Notes: generated by a model from the sequence alone, not told the origin. DNA of 64,000 nt from Spirochaetaceae bacterium (GCA_051531975.1 JAOPTT010000010.1:128001-192000); one strand, 5' to 3'. Positions 51,048 through 60,727 are shown, numbered from the stretch's first letter. Made by a program: numbers and translations.

Positions 51048-53852
51048 TCATCCTTGTTTTAGTTTTTCTATTACTATTTGCAAATTATCGTCATCAAAAT
51101 TATCTGTATAGTAGATAACAGTTTCTACAAAAGCTGTAAGTTTTGGTTCATCTTTATAACCATCTAGTATATTTTTAATACCAGCGAAATCATTTATCAA
51201 TGCTAAATCATCAAGTTCATCAATTTGTGTCTCTGGAATAAGTGGAATAATCTCTTTAAAGTTTAGTGAATCTATGGATATTTTTTTTATCACTTCCCTC
51301 TTGGTTTCATAAATAAATTTAATATCACTGCTATCATGTACAAGTCTAAAAAGAGAACTTAATTTAAAAGGTTTAGCAAGAAATCCATCAAATCCAGATT
51401 CTAAAATAGATTTTTCATCATGTTTAAAAGCACTTGCCGTTAAAGCAAAAACAGGAATATCTTTTATAGACTCATCTTCTTTAATTAATTTAACTGCACC
51501 ATAACCATCCAAAACAGGCATTTTAATGTCCATAAATACTAACTCTGGTTTAACTTCTTTTACTCTCTTAACAGCTTCTAGACCATTTTCAGCTTCAATT
51601 GTAACAAAACCGACTCTTTCTAACATCTCTTTTAAAATAAGTCTGTTATTAATTTTATCGTCTACAATCACAACATTAGGATGTCTATCATTTTCAATTC
51701 CTAATACAGTACCAAGGTCATCCTCTTTGTTTTCAGCGCCCTTGGCTAATTCGTAATCGACACCAAATGAGAATGTACTACCAACATCTTCTTTACTCTC
51801 AATTTCAAGTTGACCACCCATCATTTTTATAAAACTATTTGTAATTGCTAAACCTAAACCTGTTCCACCTTCATTATCTGTAATACTAGACTGAGTAAAA
51901 GGTTGTAAGATAGAACTAATTTCATCGGTAGGGATACCTTTTCCAGTATCGTTTACCGAAAATCTAAGTTTGTCATTTTCTATACCAACAACAATTGCAA
52001 TTCCACCCTCTTTTGTGAATTTTATAGCATTACCTAATATATTTATCATAATCTGTCTAAGTTTACCTAAATCGGCTTTAACATATACGGGTATTGGATC
52101 TACATATTCAATATAGAGAGATAGACCTTTATTTTTACATTTAAGTTCAAGCATCTGTTTTAAATCTTCACTAAAATCTCTTAAGTTAAATGTAGTTTCA
52201 TGTAGTTCAATCTTCCCAGCTTCAATTTTTGAGATATCTAAGATGTCGTTAATTAAGGCAAGTAGATGCTCCCCACTTCTGGAAATTGTATTTAACTTAT
52301 CAACCTGACTATCTGTTAAGTTTTTATCTGTATTTAATAGTTGGGTAAAACCTAATACGGCATTTAATGGAGTTCTTAGTTCATGGCTCATGTTTGCTAA
52401 AAACTCACTTTTTAATTCATTGGCTCTCTCTGCTGAAGATTTTGCTTTTTTAAGACTATCTTCAAATTCCAATTGTTTACTAATATCTCTAATAACAGCG
52501 GTATAAATAGCTCCATCAGGGGTTTCTGACCTGCTAAAGTTTGCTTCAAAAGAGACTTTATCACCAGTTGATGTAATTCCACTAAAACGTTGAAGATCGT
52601 CATTTCCCTCTGTTACTACTTTTATAAATTTCTGTTCATCCTCTGCACATATTTTGCAATAATCAGAATCAGGATCAAACAGTTGAATTAAAGAGGTACC
52701 TTTTATCTGTTCACGATCCCAACCAAAAAACAGTTCTGCTGCTGGGTTAAATATGTAGATATGTCCTTTTTCATCGAAACTAACTATCGGGTCTGCTGCA
52801 TTATCAATAACAGAGTGTAATCTTTCCTGGCTTATTCCTAACTCTGTCTCTTGCATATCAATTAATTTATTTATATCGGTATATATAAGACTAAATTCAT
52901 CATTATTAACTATCTCAATTCTTTTTGTCTCTTTTTTAGAATCAGATGTTAACTCTTCCAATCTACTCTCAACTGTTTTAAGAGGATTTTTTATTGATTT
53001 TTTTAATAAGGCTAAAGCTCTTAAGCTCAATAAAAAGTAAATTATGATCTTAAAAACAAGAACATCTACTAAGTCTTCAGTTTTTTTATGTCCTGTTCCC
53101 ATTTTTGTAAAAAACATCTCAGGTTCCATAGCCATCTCGATAACTGTTCCTAAATCTGATTCTACATCACCGTCAATAATGGTCTCATCAGAGGTGACAA
53201 AGTTTTTACTTTGAGCTCTATTATATGCAATATCATAAAAATCAGTTGCAATACTAAATATTTGAAAACCTAAAAATGCTAGTAAAAGAAGCATTGTTTT
53301 ACTCATCTGCCTAAAAAAAGATTGGAATCGAGGTTTAACTTCAGGATAATTTAACATTAAAGCACTTTTAATTGGGAATAATATATCATCTAAACTCATT
53401 ACAATTAGGGTGACAGTAAATAGACCAGTTGCTATTGATTCTGCAATAATATATGTAAAAGGTAAAATACTAAAATTATTTGTTAGGTCATCATGACCAG
53501 ACATTGCTCCAATTAGAAAACCAGAAACACACATTAAAGTGATGATTTTATTCAATTTATTAAAAATATGCATAGATATGTTTTTATGTTTTATTGATAT
53601 AGGTTCACCTCTATTATATTTAGTCCAAAATGAGATTAGAGGTTTTGCATATAAAAAAATTACTAAGTTAATTAATAATACTAGCCCCCAGCTAAAATTG
53701 GCATAAGGAAATGTAAAAAGAGAAGAAATACTATTATGAAATGCAGCTTCAATGTTTTGTCCTTTAAAATCAATTAAAATAATCATCATTATTGGTATAA
53801 AAAAAGTAATTCTAAACATTTTAAACAGTATTTTTTTTTCACATCGATCCAT
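51048..53852 (-). CDS. Multi-TM hybrid sensor kinase (PAS-HisKA-HATPase-REC)
   Basis: PAS FNPAAELFFG; SHELRTPL; NILGNAIKF; DTGKG; GTGLGL; REC VDD...MDIKMP...KPF. Confidence 0.93.
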   Translation of the reverse strand: MDRCEKKILFKMFRITFFIPIMMIILIDFKGQNIEAAFHNSISSLFTFPYANFSWGLVLLINLVIFLYAKPLISFWTKYNRGEPISIKHKNISMHIFNKLNKIITLMCVSGFLIGAMSGHDDLTNNFSILPFTYIIAESIATGLFTVTLIVMSLDDILFPIKSALMLNYPEVKPRFQSFFRQMSKTMLLLLAFLGFQIFSIATDFYDIAYNRAQSKNFVTSDETIIDGDVESDLGTVIEMAMEPEMFFTKMGTGHKKTEDLVDVLVFKIIIYFLLSLRALALLKKSIKNPLKTVESRLEELTSDSKKETKRIEIVNNDEFSLIYTDINKLIDMQETELGISQERLHSVIDNAADPIVSFDEKGHIYIFNPAAELFFGWDREQIKGTSLIQLFDPDSDYCKICAEDEQKFIKVVTEGNDDLQRFSGITSTGDKVSFEANFSRSETPDGAIYTAVIRDISKQLEFEDSLKKAKSSAERANELKSEFLANMSHELRTPLNAVLGFTQLLNTDKNLTDSQVDKLNTISRSGEHLLALINDILDISKIEAGKIELHETTFNLRDFSEDLKQMLELKCKNKGLSLYIEYVDPIPVYVKADLGKLRQIMINILGNAIKFTKEGGIAIVVGIENDKLRFSVNDTGKGIPTDEISSILQPFTQSSITDNEGGTGLGLAITNSFIKMMGGQLEIESKEDVGSTFSFGVDYELAKGAENKEDDLGTVLGIENDRHPNVVIVDDKINNRLILKEMLERVGFVTIEAENGLEAVKRVKEVKPELVFMDIKMPVLDGYGAVKLIKEDESIKDIPVFALTASAFKHDEKSILESGFDGFLAKPFKLSSLFRLVHDSSDIKFIYETKREVIKKISIDSLNFKEIIPLIPETQIDELDDLALINDFAGIKNILDGYKDEPKLTAFVETVIYYTDNFDDDNLQIVIEKLKQG

Positions 53853-53952
53853 TCAATCCACCATATTATAAACAAGTTATATAAAATATAACACTTTTAT
53901 TTACAAAAGCGTATTAAAAGAATATAAATTACATATTAAGTTGGAGTTATAG

Positions 53953-55320
53953 TTGGATAAAATTGTTGTTAAATTTGGTGGTTCAAATCTAAAAAGTAGA
54001 GAGGACCTAAATAGAATTATAAGTGTTGTAAAAAGTTACAACAGACCATTAGTACTTGTAGTATCAGCTTTTTATGGTATTACTAACTACTTAACTGAAG
54101 GGATATATAAGGTTCAACAATCTATAAATCATATAGATGAAGTACAAAAATTTATCCAAAATGTTAAAAAAGAGACTATTGAGTATCATATAAAAGATAT
54201 AGAGCTACAAAAAGAGATTAATGCTGCAATAAATTCTAGACTTTCTGAACTTGAGAACTGTCTGAAAGGAATTCACTACATAGGTGATGTCCCAGATTTT
54301 GTAGAGGATAAAGTTTTAAGTTTTGGAGAGAAGTTATCATCAATTCTTTTAACCGCAATACTTAGACATAATGGAATTGATGCAGTTGAAAAACTTCCAG
54401 AAGATATTGGACTAACTACTTATGGAGAGTACAAAAATTCATCAATAGATTTTGATAAATCTAGACCTCTTGTCCAAAGTGCTTTAAAAGATGATAAGGT
54501 TTATGTAATTCCTGGATTTTATGGGATAACACCTAAAGGAAGAATCTCACTTTTAGGTCGTGGAGGAAGTGACTACTCAGCAGCTTCATTTGCTAATTTA
54601 TTAGATGCTAAATCTCTAGACATATGGAAAGATGTTGATGGATATTTAAGTGCTGACCCTAAACTTGTTAAAAACCCAGTAAAGATAAAGAACCTATCAT
54701 ATAGAGAAGCAGCAGAATTATCATATTTTGGTGCTAAAATTCTACACCCTAGAACAGTAGAACCATTAATGAAAAACTCAATACCAATAAATATATTTAA
54801 TATAACAAAGGAAAATATTGATTTAGTACCTTTAACTATAATAAACCAGGAAGAGAGTGTTTCTAAATCTGTTGTAAAAAGTGTTACTTACAACGATAAC
54901 TTCTCAGTATTAAAATTAAATGGACCAGCTGTTGGTATTAAACCTGGGATCTTAGGACGTATAACAACACTGTTGGATAACCATAATATTAATATTTTAT
55001 CAGTTGTAACGTCTGGGACATGTATAAATATATATATTGAAGATAAAGATTTAAAAGACGCTACACTTTTAGTTGAATCCAATAACTTTCATACAATTAC
55101 AAGTATTAAACCTTTAGATAACCTCTCAATTATTGCAATTGTAGGAGAAGGTATATTAGCTCATCATGGACTTGTTTATAAAATGTTACACGCAATAAAT
55201 AGCGAAAATATAAATGCTAAGATAATTTCAGGTGGAGCATCTGAGGTTGCAGCACATATTGTCGTTGAAACTACTCACCGAGATAAAGCAATTGAAGTTA
55301 TTCATAATGCGTTTTTTTAA
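53953..55320 (+). CDS. lysC: Monofunctional aspartate kinase with two ACT domains
   Basis: KFGGS, VVSA, SFGEKLS, LGRGGSDYSA, DVDG...ADP, ELSYFGAKILHP; TTG start with GGAG SD. Confidence 0.88.
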   Translation: MDKIVVKFGGSNLKSREDLNRIISVVKSYNRPLVLVVSAFYGITNYLTEGIYKVQQSINHIDEVQKFIQNVKKETIEYHIKDIELQKEINAAINSRLSELENCLKGIHYIGDVPDFVEDKVLSFGEKLSSILLTAILRHNGIDAVEKLPEDIGLTTYGEYKNSSIDFDKSRPLVQSALKDDKVYVIPGFYGITPKGRISLLGRGGSDYSAASFANLLDAKSLDIWKDVDGYLSADPKLVKNPVKIKNLSYREAAELSYFGAKILHPRTVEPLMKNSIPINIFNITKENIDLVPLTIINQEESVSKSVVKSVTYNDNFSVLKLNGPAVGIKPGILGRITTLLDNHNINILSVVTSGTCINIYIEDKDLKDATLLVESNNFHTITSIKPLDNLSIIAIVGEGILAHHGLVYKMLHAINSENINAKIISGGASEVAAHIVVETTHRDKAIEVIHNAFF

Positions 55321-55943
55321 TATACCGGTTCTTTTTCTATTGCCATATAATTTTCATACTGGGGATTAATATTTTGTTTAACATCCCTGTATGAAATTTT
55401 TGAATCTAACCAATAGTCTATTTCTTCCTTTTTAATTATTAAGGGCATTCTTAGTTTACTATTATGTACTTCTCTCATAACTCCCTGGGCTTCGGTTGTT
55501 ATTATAGAGAATGTATTAATTCCACCCCAAGCTGATACTAAACCGCCAATTAGTAGAGGTTTACCAGATTTATCAGATACATAGTGAGGTATTTTTTTTC
55601 CTTCTATATGTTTCCACTCATAAAATCCATCCATAAGTACTATTATTCTTCCACCGTTCACAGATCCTCTAAAAGATGGTTTCTCTTCTAAAGTTTCAAC
55701 TCTAGCATTTAATGTATATTTTACAATCTCTTCTGATTTTTTACACTCTTTAACCCAATGTGGAATAAGACCCCATTTACCTTGACCTAGGACTCTATCT
55801 TCTAAAATTATTGGTAGAAAAGGATGGACAAAAGCAGATTTAAATTCAGAATATCCATTATATATAAAGTCTGATCCAATGTTCAGATTATACTCATATT
55901 GAGCTACTTCTAGGGGTGTCATTATTGTTGCATTAAAACACAT
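55317..55943 (-). CDS. SRAP family abasic-site processing protein (YedK/HMCES-like)
   Basis: N-terminal M-C, WGLIPHW, NARVET, DGFYEW, HN..RMPLI. Confidence 0.9.
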   Translation of the reverse strand: MCFNATIMTPLEVAQYEYNLNIGSDFIYNGYSEFKSAFVHPFLPIILEDRVLGQGKWGLIPHWVKECKKSEEIVKYTLNARVETLEEKPSFRGSVNGGRIIVLMDGFYEWKHIEGKKIPHYVSDKSGKPLLIGGLVSAWGGINTFSIITTEAQGVMREVHNSKLRMPLIIKKEEIDYWLDSKISYRDVKQNINPQYENYMAIEKEPVY

Positions 55944-56011
55944 AATTAAATTATAGATGATTTAATGTGGTAAAGCTAGTCTAAACTACTTAAATTACGT
56001 ATAGTATAAAT

Positions 56012-57127
56012 ATGGTTCAAAGAAAAATAGTCCATGTAGATATGGATGCTTTTTTTGCTGCAGTAGAGCAGAGAGATCACCCAGAATATAGAGGTAAACC
56101 ACTAATTATTGGTGGTGATCCCAATAGCCGTGGTGTGGTTTCAACGTGTTCATACGAAGCTAGAAAGTATGGTATACACTCTGCAATGCCTACATATAAA
56201 GCATATAAACTCTGCCCCCATGGAATTTTTGTAGGTTGTAACTTTGATAGGATTAAAGAAGCATCTAATCACATTCATGAGATCTTTCATAAATATACTG
56301 ATAAAGTTGAACCACTTAGTTTAGACGAAGCATATTTAGATGTTACAGAAAATAAGATTAATGAACCCTCCGCCACAAGAATTGCTGAAATGATTCGTAA
56401 AGATATTTTTGAGAAAACAAGACTAACCGCTTCTGCAGGTGTATCATACAATAAATTTATTGCTAAAGTTGCCTCTGATTTTAATAAACCTGATGGTATT
56501 ACAGTTGTTACCCCGGATAAAGCTCAAGAGTTTATTCTAAATTTACCAATTAGAAAGTTCTGGGGTGTTGGTAAAGTAACTGAAAAAAGAATGTTACAAC
56601 TTGGCATTAAAAGTGGAAATGATCTATTTAAATATAAACGATATGAATTAATCGAACTTTTTGGAAAATCAGGTCCATACTTTTACGATATTGTACGTGG
56701 TATAGATAATCGTGAAGTTGAAGTTATTCGAATTAGGAAATCTATAGGTAGAGAAAAAACATTTAGCCAGGATATAACTGATAAAGAGAGACTAGTAGAC
56801 TTTTTACACACTGTCTCTGCAAGAGTAGAAACTGATCTTCGAAAAAAATCTAAAAAAGCGTTAACAATAACTTTAAAAGTTACATATCACGATTTTACAA
56901 AAATCACTCGAAGTATTACAGCTCCAAGTTATTTATATAAATCAAAAGATATTATGTTGTATATAGAGTCACTTATTCCAAAAACTTTAATTGGAGAAAA
57001 GGCTGTAAGACTACTAGGAATATCAACTTCTAATTTTTATGGAGAAGAAGAAGATAAATATGGACTAATGCAATATTGGCTTCCTTTTAAACCTGAAGAA
57101 ATCGCACCTAGATTTAATTACGATTAA
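56012..57127 (+). CDS. dinB: DNA polymerase IV
   Basis: HVDMDAFFAAVE, SYEAR, SLDEAYLD, KVASDFNKPDG, RLLGI, C-terminal clamp-binding-like QYWLPF. Confidence 0.96.
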   Translation: MVQRKIVHVDMDAFFAAVEQRDHPEYRGKPLIIGGDPNSRGVVSTCSYEARKYGIHSAMPTYKAYKLCPHGIFVGCNFDRIKEASNHIHEIFHKYTDKVEPLSLDEAYLDVTENKINEPSATRIAEMIRKDIFEKTRLTASAGVSYNKFIAKVASDFNKPDGITVVTPDKAQEFILNLPIRKFWGVGKVTEKRMLQLGIKSGNDLFKYKRYELIELFGKSGPYFYDIVRGIDNREVEVIRIRKSIGREKTFSQDITDKERLVDFLHTVSARVETDLRKKSKKALTITLKVTYHDFTKITRSITAPSYLYKSKDIMLYIESLIPKTLIGEKAVRLLGISTSNFYGEEEDKYGLMQYWLPFKPEEIAPRFNYD

Positions 57128-57327
57128 AAGCTTTATTTACAGTTAAATACAATTCTATTTATGGTACTTATTAGAATTTAATACTATAATTCTTTAGCTA
57201 ATAGTAATATTATTTATTTAGATTTTTTTATGAAATTAATTTCAAAAGAGGCTTTTAGCGTCATGAATCATATTAATACTAAAGATTTACAAAGTCAGTT
57301 TAATACTGACCAGAACTAGGGGAATAG

Positions 57328-58179
57328 ATGATTAAAACAGGAAAACACAATTTACTTTACATACTAAGAAGTACAGACTATGGACTTTTTTTAGGTGATG
57401 ATGATGGAGAAGAAGTACTTCTTCCTAATAGATACTGCCCTAAAGACTTTGAGCTAGACGAAGAAATTAATGTATTTGTATATATAGATAAATCTGAAAG
57501 AAAGATAGCTACAACACAAAAACCAAAGTTAGAATTATATGAATTTGCTCGATTAAGAGTTGAATCTGTAACTGATGCTGGAGCTTTCATGGATTGGGGT
57601 ATGGATAAACATCTATTTGTTCCAGCATCTGAGCAAAGAACTCCAATGGATGTTGATAAATACTACTTTATATACATGATGAAAGATCCAAGAACAGAAA
57701 AACTATATGGAACTAAACGTGTTGAAAGATATCTTCAAAATGATGAAATTACAGTATCAGAGGGTGAAAAAGTAGACTTACTAGTTTATCAGGATGCAGA
57801 ATTTGGTCTATCTGTCATTGTTAATAATAACCACAAGGGAATGGTATACAAAAATGAAATTTTTAAAGATCTTAAAATTGGAGATTATTTAAAAGGTTAT
57901 GTTAAAAATATAAGAGATGATAGTAAATTAGATATCTCTATTCAACCTCTCGGTTATAGAAATTTTATCGACCCTACAACTCAGCTATTGTTAGACTCCT
58001 TAGAAGCTGCAGATGGTTTTATACCTTTAAATGATAAAAGCAAACCTGAAGAGATTTATTCCAAGTTTGCAATTAGTAAAAAGGCTTTTAAAAAAGCAGT
58101 TGGTTCACTTTTTAAACAAAAATTAATAGAGATTACAGATGATGGAATAAAATTAACTTCACAAGATCAAGAAGATTAA
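57328..58179 (+). CDS. cvfB: CvfB/YitL-family S1 RNA-binding protein
   Basis: S1 repeats (GLFL...VLLP, GAFMDWG), C-terminal wHTH DKSKPEEIYSKFAISKKAFKKAVGSL. Confidence 0.88.
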   Translation: MIKTGKHNLLYILRSTDYGLFLGDDDGEEVLLPNRYCPKDFELDEEINVFVYIDKSERKIATTQKPKLELYEFARLRVESVTDAGAFMDWGMDKHLFVPASEQRTPMDVDKYYFIYMMKDPRTEKLYGTKRVERYLQNDEITVSEGEKVDLLVYQDAEFGLSVIVNNNHKGMVYKNEIFKDLKIGDYLKGYVKNIRDDSKLDISIQPLGYRNFIDPTTQLLLDSLEAADGFIPLNDKSKPEEIYSKFAISKKAFKKAVGSLFKQKLIEITDDGIKLTSQDQED

Positions 58180-60008
58180 TCTCTACTATATTCTAATATT
58201 GCAGATGTAAATGATTTTATCTGTAACTGTTCACTGACTTCTAACTCTCTATTTGTTAGAAGTTCAGTTGATTTATCTGTTATATCTATACTTTTAAGTT
58301 CGTCGCTATTATTATGAATTATTAAAAGGTTAGATGTCGCAGTTTCAACTTTATAAACATATAATCCGTCTAAATATTCAACCTTCTTATAGTTTTTAAT
58401 GCTAAATAACTCTTTATATTTTTTTCTTATTTTTATTAAAGATTTATAATGCTCTAACACAGAACCATCTATACCACTTTGCTCTTGGTATGAGATACCG
58501 TCTGAAGGTTTAGTATAATCCATAGAGTGATTAAAACCACCAGTACTCATTGATGTCATACCAATCCCATTAGTCTCGGTATACCAATCAAATGGTTCTC
58601 TTAGACTCTCATCAGGTTTTTTACCTAACTGACCTAACTCTTCCCCATAATATATGAAAGGTGTGCCTGGCATTGTGAAAAGAATAGTTGCTGCTAATTT
58701 AGTTTTATCTAAATCACCACCTAAATTAGAGGATATTCTATTTTGGTCGTGATTTGTTAAAAATGTTGAATCTATGAACTTCTTATTATATCTTTTATAT
58801 ATATCATATATTCTTTCAATTTTATTTAACAAGTCGACTTTATCTCCGCGACTAAATTCCTCGATACTACTAGCAAAAGTAAAATTAAATGAAGAATCTA
58901 GATCATTAAAATAGGAAGCCATTTTAGCTGTAGAGGTCCAGTTTTCTCCAATTAAAAGAGCATTAGGGTTAATACTTTTAACATGAGTATTAAACTCTTT
59001 CCACCAGCTATGTGTAACATCTTTATCTTTATCATCAATATGTAGTGCTGCGTCTAATCTAAAACCATCAATGCCATTTTCTATCCAAAAAGTAGCAATA
59101 TCTTTAAATTCATCCCTTACTTTTTTATTTCTAAGATTCATATCAGGCATTCTGTCCCAGAAAATGGCATTATAATAACCAGAGTAAGCTTTATGCCACA
59201 TTTTGCCACCAAAGGGCCCATTATCTGTAACTCTATCAGTTGAATCTGCCCAGTCATAATAATTTCGATATGTGTTATCGACCCCTTTAACAGCATCTTT
59301 AAACCAAGGATGATCAATTGAACTGTGATTAATAACCAAATCCATAACTATTTTTATATCGTTTTTATGGGCCGTTTTTATTAAATCAAAAAGATTTTGG
59401 TTTGTTCCATAATCTTTTTCAACATTATAATAATCTGTAACATCGTATCCATGGTATGTAGGTGATTGTAAAATAGGCATTAACCACAATGCGTCAACTC
59501 CTAACTCTTTTAAGTAGGGAATTTTTGCCTCTAACCCCTTTAGATCCCCTATTCCATCATCATCTGAATCGTTAAAACTTCTTACAAATACTTCATAAAA
59601 AATTGCTGACCTTCCCCACTCTGCATGGCTCCAGTTATTAGTTCTATCTTGTTTTGTAAATGACAATATATCTGTTTTAAGAGTTTCTGTTTCCCTTATA
59701 ACCTCGATCATGTAATAATATTTTTTTTTTGCCTCTAGGTTTTCTACTTTTAAACCTTTGTTTTTATATGGTAATAAATCCTGGACTTTATTTAAGTTAT
59801 TAGAGTCTAAACCTATATAGAAGTTAACTAAATCACCTCTTAAAGTTTTAAATAAAAATTTAACAGTCGATTCATTAATATCAATAAAAAAGTTTTGATC
59901 TAGAATTTCTAACTCTTTTATAACCTCTTTACTTGTTGTAGTTTCCGGCTTTGTAGTACACCCATAGATAAACAGTATGTAAATTATGAGTAATGCTATT
60001 TTCTTCAA
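58176..60008 (-). CDS. GH13 alpha-amylase family lipoprotein with an N-terminal beta-rich (FN3-like) domain
   Basis: Lipobox IYGC; HGYD, DLVINH, GFRLDAALH, GENW, FLTNHD, YYGEELG; TTG start with GAGGAG. Confidence 0.92.
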   Translation of the reverse strand: MKKIALLIIYILFIYGCTTKPETTTSKEVIKELEILDQNFFIDINESTVKFLFKTLRGDLVNFYIGLDSNNLNKVQDLLPYKNKGLKVENLEAKKKYYYMIEVIRETETLKTDILSFTKQDRTNNWSHAEWGRSAIFYEVFVRSFNDSDDDGIGDLKGLEAKIPYLKELGVDALWLMPILQSPTYHGYDVTDYYNVEKDYGTNQNLFDLIKTAHKNDIKIVMDLVINHSSIDHPWFKDAVKGVDNTYRNYYDWADSTDRVTDNGPFGGKMWHKAYSGYYNAIFWDRMPDMNLRNKKVRDEFKDIATFWIENGIDGFRLDAALHIDDKDKDVTHSWWKEFNTHVKSINPNALLIGENWTSTAKMASYFNDLDSSFNFTFASSIEEFSRGDKVDLLNKIERIYDIYKRYNKKFIDSTFLTNHDQNRISSNLGGDLDKTKLAATILFTMPGTPFIYYGEELGQLGKKPDESLREPFDWYTETNGIGMTSMSTGGFNHSMDYTKPSDGISYQEQSGIDGSVLEHYKSLIKIRKKYKELFSIKNYKKVEYLDGLYVYKVETATSNLLIIHNNSDELKSIDITDKSTELLTNRELEVSEQLQIKSFTSAILEYSRD

Positions 60009-60024
60009 TTAAACTCCTCAACAT

Positions 60025-60053
60025 ATAATGCAAACGCTTGCACAATATGTCAA
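60025..60053 (-). promoter_or_regulatory. Sigma70 promoter of the amylase gene with an embedded LacI-family operator
   Basis: Minus strand TTGACA (60053-60048), 17 bp, CATTAT; near-palindrome TGCAAACGCTTGCA at 60029-60042 with the central CG typical of LacI/GalR sites. Confidence 0.7.
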
Positions 60054-60196
60054 GTTAAATACTAACTAATAATAAAAAAACTGCTCAGATATTAATAATA
60101 CACGGCTATTCTAAAGAATATAAGTTAGATTGGATTACTCAAAAAATAATTACAGAAACTAATATATATACTAAAATACCAAATACTATTGATGAA

Positions 60197-60727
60197 TTAA
60201 CTATTTAGTTTTTTTATTTTTTCTATTCTTTCTTCATTTGTAATTATTTTATTTTTAAACATTAATTCAATACTAAAGATATTTGCTTCTAATATTGCAT
60301 CTTTATTTAGATGTATTGGTCTACTAACTTTTTCAATAACCTTTTTATCCTCTACAGCAATATGAGATTGTAACCAATAACTTAGAAAATAATAAAGTTT
60401 AATAGGTTTGTATGAAGTTTTAGTTTTAAAATCCTTAGAGATAGATTGTATCTCTTTTATGAACTCATTATGTATCTTTTTATGTTCATCTAATAGCTCG
60501 TATTTTATGTTTTCTAAATACTTTTCTTCGTATGAAAAATGAAAGATTACATAATCTATTAGGAACTTTAATATTTCCTTAACTTCTTTACGCTCTTGAA
60601 TATAATTTTCTGGAAAATCATTTCTTAATCTAGCAATAATATCAAATAACTCTTTATGTTGCTCATCAATTTTTTTTATACCTGTAATATATATATCATT
60701 CCATTCCATATTTATCATTAACCTCAT
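60197..60727 (-). CDS. Bacteriohemerythrin
   Basis: W..., IDEQHKEL, HFSYEE, HKKIH, WLQSHIAVED. The start could also be a downstream ATG (for example MEWND). Confidence 0.88.
   Translation of the reverse strand: MRLMINMEWNDIYITGIKKIDEQHKELFDIIARLRNDFPENYIQERKEVKEILKFLIDYVIFHFSYEEKYLENIKYELLDEHKKIHNEFIKEIQSISKDFKTKTSYKPIKLYYFLSYWLQSHIAVEDKKVIEKVSRPIHLNKDAILEANIFSIELMFKNKIITNEERIEKIKKLNS

Noticed and set aside
53853..53952. Lysine riboswitch or attenuator before aspartokinase
   Set aside because: The spacer is only 100 bp, shared with a divergent gene, and has no aptamer motifs or leader peptide.
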